Source of the DNA: Oikopleura dioica
Lineage: Eukaryota > Animalia > Chordata
Direction: 5' to 3'
Assembly: GCA_907165135.1 (NCBI GenBank)
Contig: OU015566.1
Coordinates: forward strand, 10,974,001 to 11,038,000
DNA length: 64,000 bases
Position numbers and translations under genes: made by a program. Under the pieces are notes generated by a model. That model ran no database searches and was not told the origin of the DNA. It saw nothing but the letters and a program-made list of their open reading frames with translations. This document shows positions 61,664-64,000 of the stretch, piece after piece. Numbering within the stretch: position 1 is the stretch's first letter; every line of letters starts with the position of its first letter.

Positions 61664-63900
61664 ATGGAGGAAAAGAAACTGGCAAAACAAGAGGCCAGGC
61701 GAGAAGCCAGAAAGGTAAAAATGAAAATAATGCAGCAAATGCAGATAGATTTATTGTATGTGTTAGATGCGTGAAAAGATAGAACAGGAAATATTGTTAG
61801 GAAATAAATTGCTCTGATCAAATTACTTTTCTTTTATAAATGGTGGTACTGTTTAACAGCCACCACAATCGCACCCAGCACAGTCGCAACCACCGCAGTC
61901 ACATCCACCACCACAGTCGCAGCCAGTTGATCCTGGGGCAGTTTTTGATACGATGCAACAGCAGCCCCCGATCAAAGTTGTGAAGAAAACAATGACAGCG
62001 ATTACTACGTAGATAATGTTCTCTGAGCAGAAAATACTCGTGCAGTCATTCTCTTGATCAGTCATTTGGCACTTGATAAACAAAGATTTGCTTATTATAT
62101 TTTTGACGATTTTAAATCTTAGTTCTTACTTGCTCCGAAAACTGCAGATTTGCTTTCTCCTAGGATAGGACCTTCTTGAATTTCGATACCTCCTTTTTTA
62201 TTTAAAATACTAAAAGGGAAAACGAAGAAAATGAAGCAATAGGCAGATTCTCTTCTTGATATTTCCAAATTTTGATATCTCTACTTTTAGGCTGAGCGAA
62301 AAGCAGCTCGATTAGCGGCAAAAGACCAAAAGCTCAACTTTGGTTCGATCAATTCTCAAAGCGAAATCGAGGAAAATATACAATTGGCGATGGACATGAT
62401 CCGTGAAAATTACGCACCAGAAGAAGAAGAGGAGGGAAAAGAAGTCGAAATGCTCGGCGACTTTGTTGAATACGAAGAAGAAGAAGAGGAAGAGGAGGAG
62501 GAGGAAGCCGAATACTCGGAGTACTACGAAGAAGCTGAATTTTTAGATGAAAAAATGAAAAGACGCGCTGAAAAAGAAGCTCTGAGAAAAGAGAAAAGAC
62601 AAATTATTAAGGAATTTAAAGAGGAGCAGAAAAAACTTAAGGAGCTCTCACAACAGTGGAGCAAGGTTAATGTAGCTCTGCAGAATCCTGAGGTTGTCAA
62701 TCAGGCTGAACAGGTTGCAACTGATATGGCGATGGATATGGGAATTGGATCGGCGGCTGACTTTGCGGAAGAAGCAAGTTTGAGCGTCATTTTACGTAAG
62801 TTTATTGGTGGCTGAAGTTTTGTTTAACGCCTCATGATCATCATTTCAAAAGTTGAACGAATTTAGTTTCAGCATCGAAAGTAAAAGCAGATTGCATAAT
62901 TGTTTTACAGTAATCATTTTGTATTGGCAATAGTTTTAATTAAGTTTGCTCATCGAATAGTAGGTGCAAAATGTGAGTTCCAAGGAGTTTCATTTTCTCA
63001 TTATTGTGCCTTCTCTTTGTTTTTACTTAATTTTCCGGCACATCGAATAGTAGATCAAACAATCGCAGGCGAAAGTTTTACGCTATATAATAGAGTTTCA
63101 TTTCATATCTTTATTGTTGTGTTTTTGGAGATTCCGATGCCTTTTTATATGCAATCTTGATCGATAGCGATCAATAAGTCGATGCAGTAATCACGCCGCG
63201 TCCGTGAAAATCTAAAAAGACGGCATCGAATAAGCACATTTCTCGCTGGGACTAGACGTCTGGGAAAAGATCGGCAAATCCTTTGTCTGTGCTTTTTAAT
63301 TTCGCACGTTGATTGTCTCATCCGCTCAAGGATCACCGCGTCGGTTTATCCCATCCAAAATCCACTTGGCCCAAAACGACCCCGTCCTACAATTTCTTGT
63401 TGTAGAAATTTATTTCCTTTATTCAGAATCGCTTGGAATCGCCGCTGAACTGTCCTCAACTTCTGTAACAAATTCCTACAAAGACTTCAAGGATAGAAAA
63501 AGCTCGGGAAAAACCCGCGACTCAGCTGACTGGAGCCGTGCTAACAAATTCCACGGAGTAAACCCAGACCATGTGGCTAATCTCATCGTCAAGAATCATC
63601 TGCAGCAGGCACGGGTTCTTCTTTTTCTTGAGTTTTTCAGGCGTTTTCTCACGTTACTGTAGCAAATAGGAAAGTATTGAAACAAATATAGAACTTTGAA
63701 AAGGCGAAAAAATGCAAGACGTGTCGATCGGTAAGTCTTTTAAATTCTAGGAGCGAGGACAACTCTCTGCAAGGATTCGCAGACGAAGAACGACTTGATG
63801 AGAATCTTCTGACATCCGGATGGATTCAAATCGGATTAGGCAGCGCAAACAATACTGCTTGTGATCTCAAGTCCTGCCAGGCCTCAAGCCAATGGTTAAA
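61664..63900 (+). CDS. Uncharacterised Glu/Lys-rich coiled-coil protein (ends unresolved)
   Basis: MEEKKLAKQEARREARK|AERKAARLAAKDQK joins in frame over a GT-AG intron (61715-62290); poly-Glu exon 62291-62794; further exons near 63426 and 63751. Confidence 0.55.
61853..62065 (-). CDS. 70-aa single-TM microprotein with Cys/Gly-rich tail, nested antisense in an intron
   Basis: MTDQENDCTSIFCSEN-IIYVVIAVIVFFTTLIGG-CCC-IVSKTAPGSTGCDCGGGCDCGGCDCAGCDCGGC*. Confidence 0.6.
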   Translation of the reverse strand: MTDQENDCTSIFCSENIIYVVIAVIVFFTTLIGGCCCIVSKTAPGSTGCDCGGGCDCGGCDCAGCDCGGC

Positions 63901-64000
63901 CATATACATCGTGTTTTCTGTTAAATTAACACGTCAAAAAAGAGCAAAAAATGAGTTTTCACGATCAGCAAAAAAGGCGCTTTTTCGAAAATAACGCCAT

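Overview
Compact, intron-rich animal genomic DNA. The tiny introns, frequent GA-AG/GG-AG donors and same-strand gene runs with about 100-500 bp spacers, most with an AG acceptor just before the ATG, point to the appendicularian tunicate Oikopleura (inference). The first ~51 kb is mostly housekeeping genes in apparent operons. On the + strand these are NBAS-TEDC1-like-ORF, SRSF2-Mpv17/PMP22-TRAPPC8-ankyrin, and ankyrin-NCKAP1-SMN-like-CUL1. The remaining genes there are a tandem pair of orphan secreted-protein genes, a TPR gene, an Ig-superfamily adhesion gene, a divergent PP1 catalytic subunit and a triple-dsRBD protein. The last ~13 kb has long introns, several non-autonomous DNA transposons and orphan genes. 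Three observations stand out. (1) NBAS carries a ~630-aa acidic insert with 12 GW-x(3-5)-(S)DLDLP repeats that resemble alpha-COP-binding singleton-tryptophan motifs, i.e. a candidate greatly expanded COPI 'lasso'. (2) A hidden, highly divergent SMN orthologue has a degenerate YG zipper and a truncated Tudor domain. (3) Two internally unrelated MITEs share palindromic CCTAGG termini and 6-bp target-site duplications. All homology calls come from recalled family motifs; no searches were run, and exon boundaries are hand-inferred.
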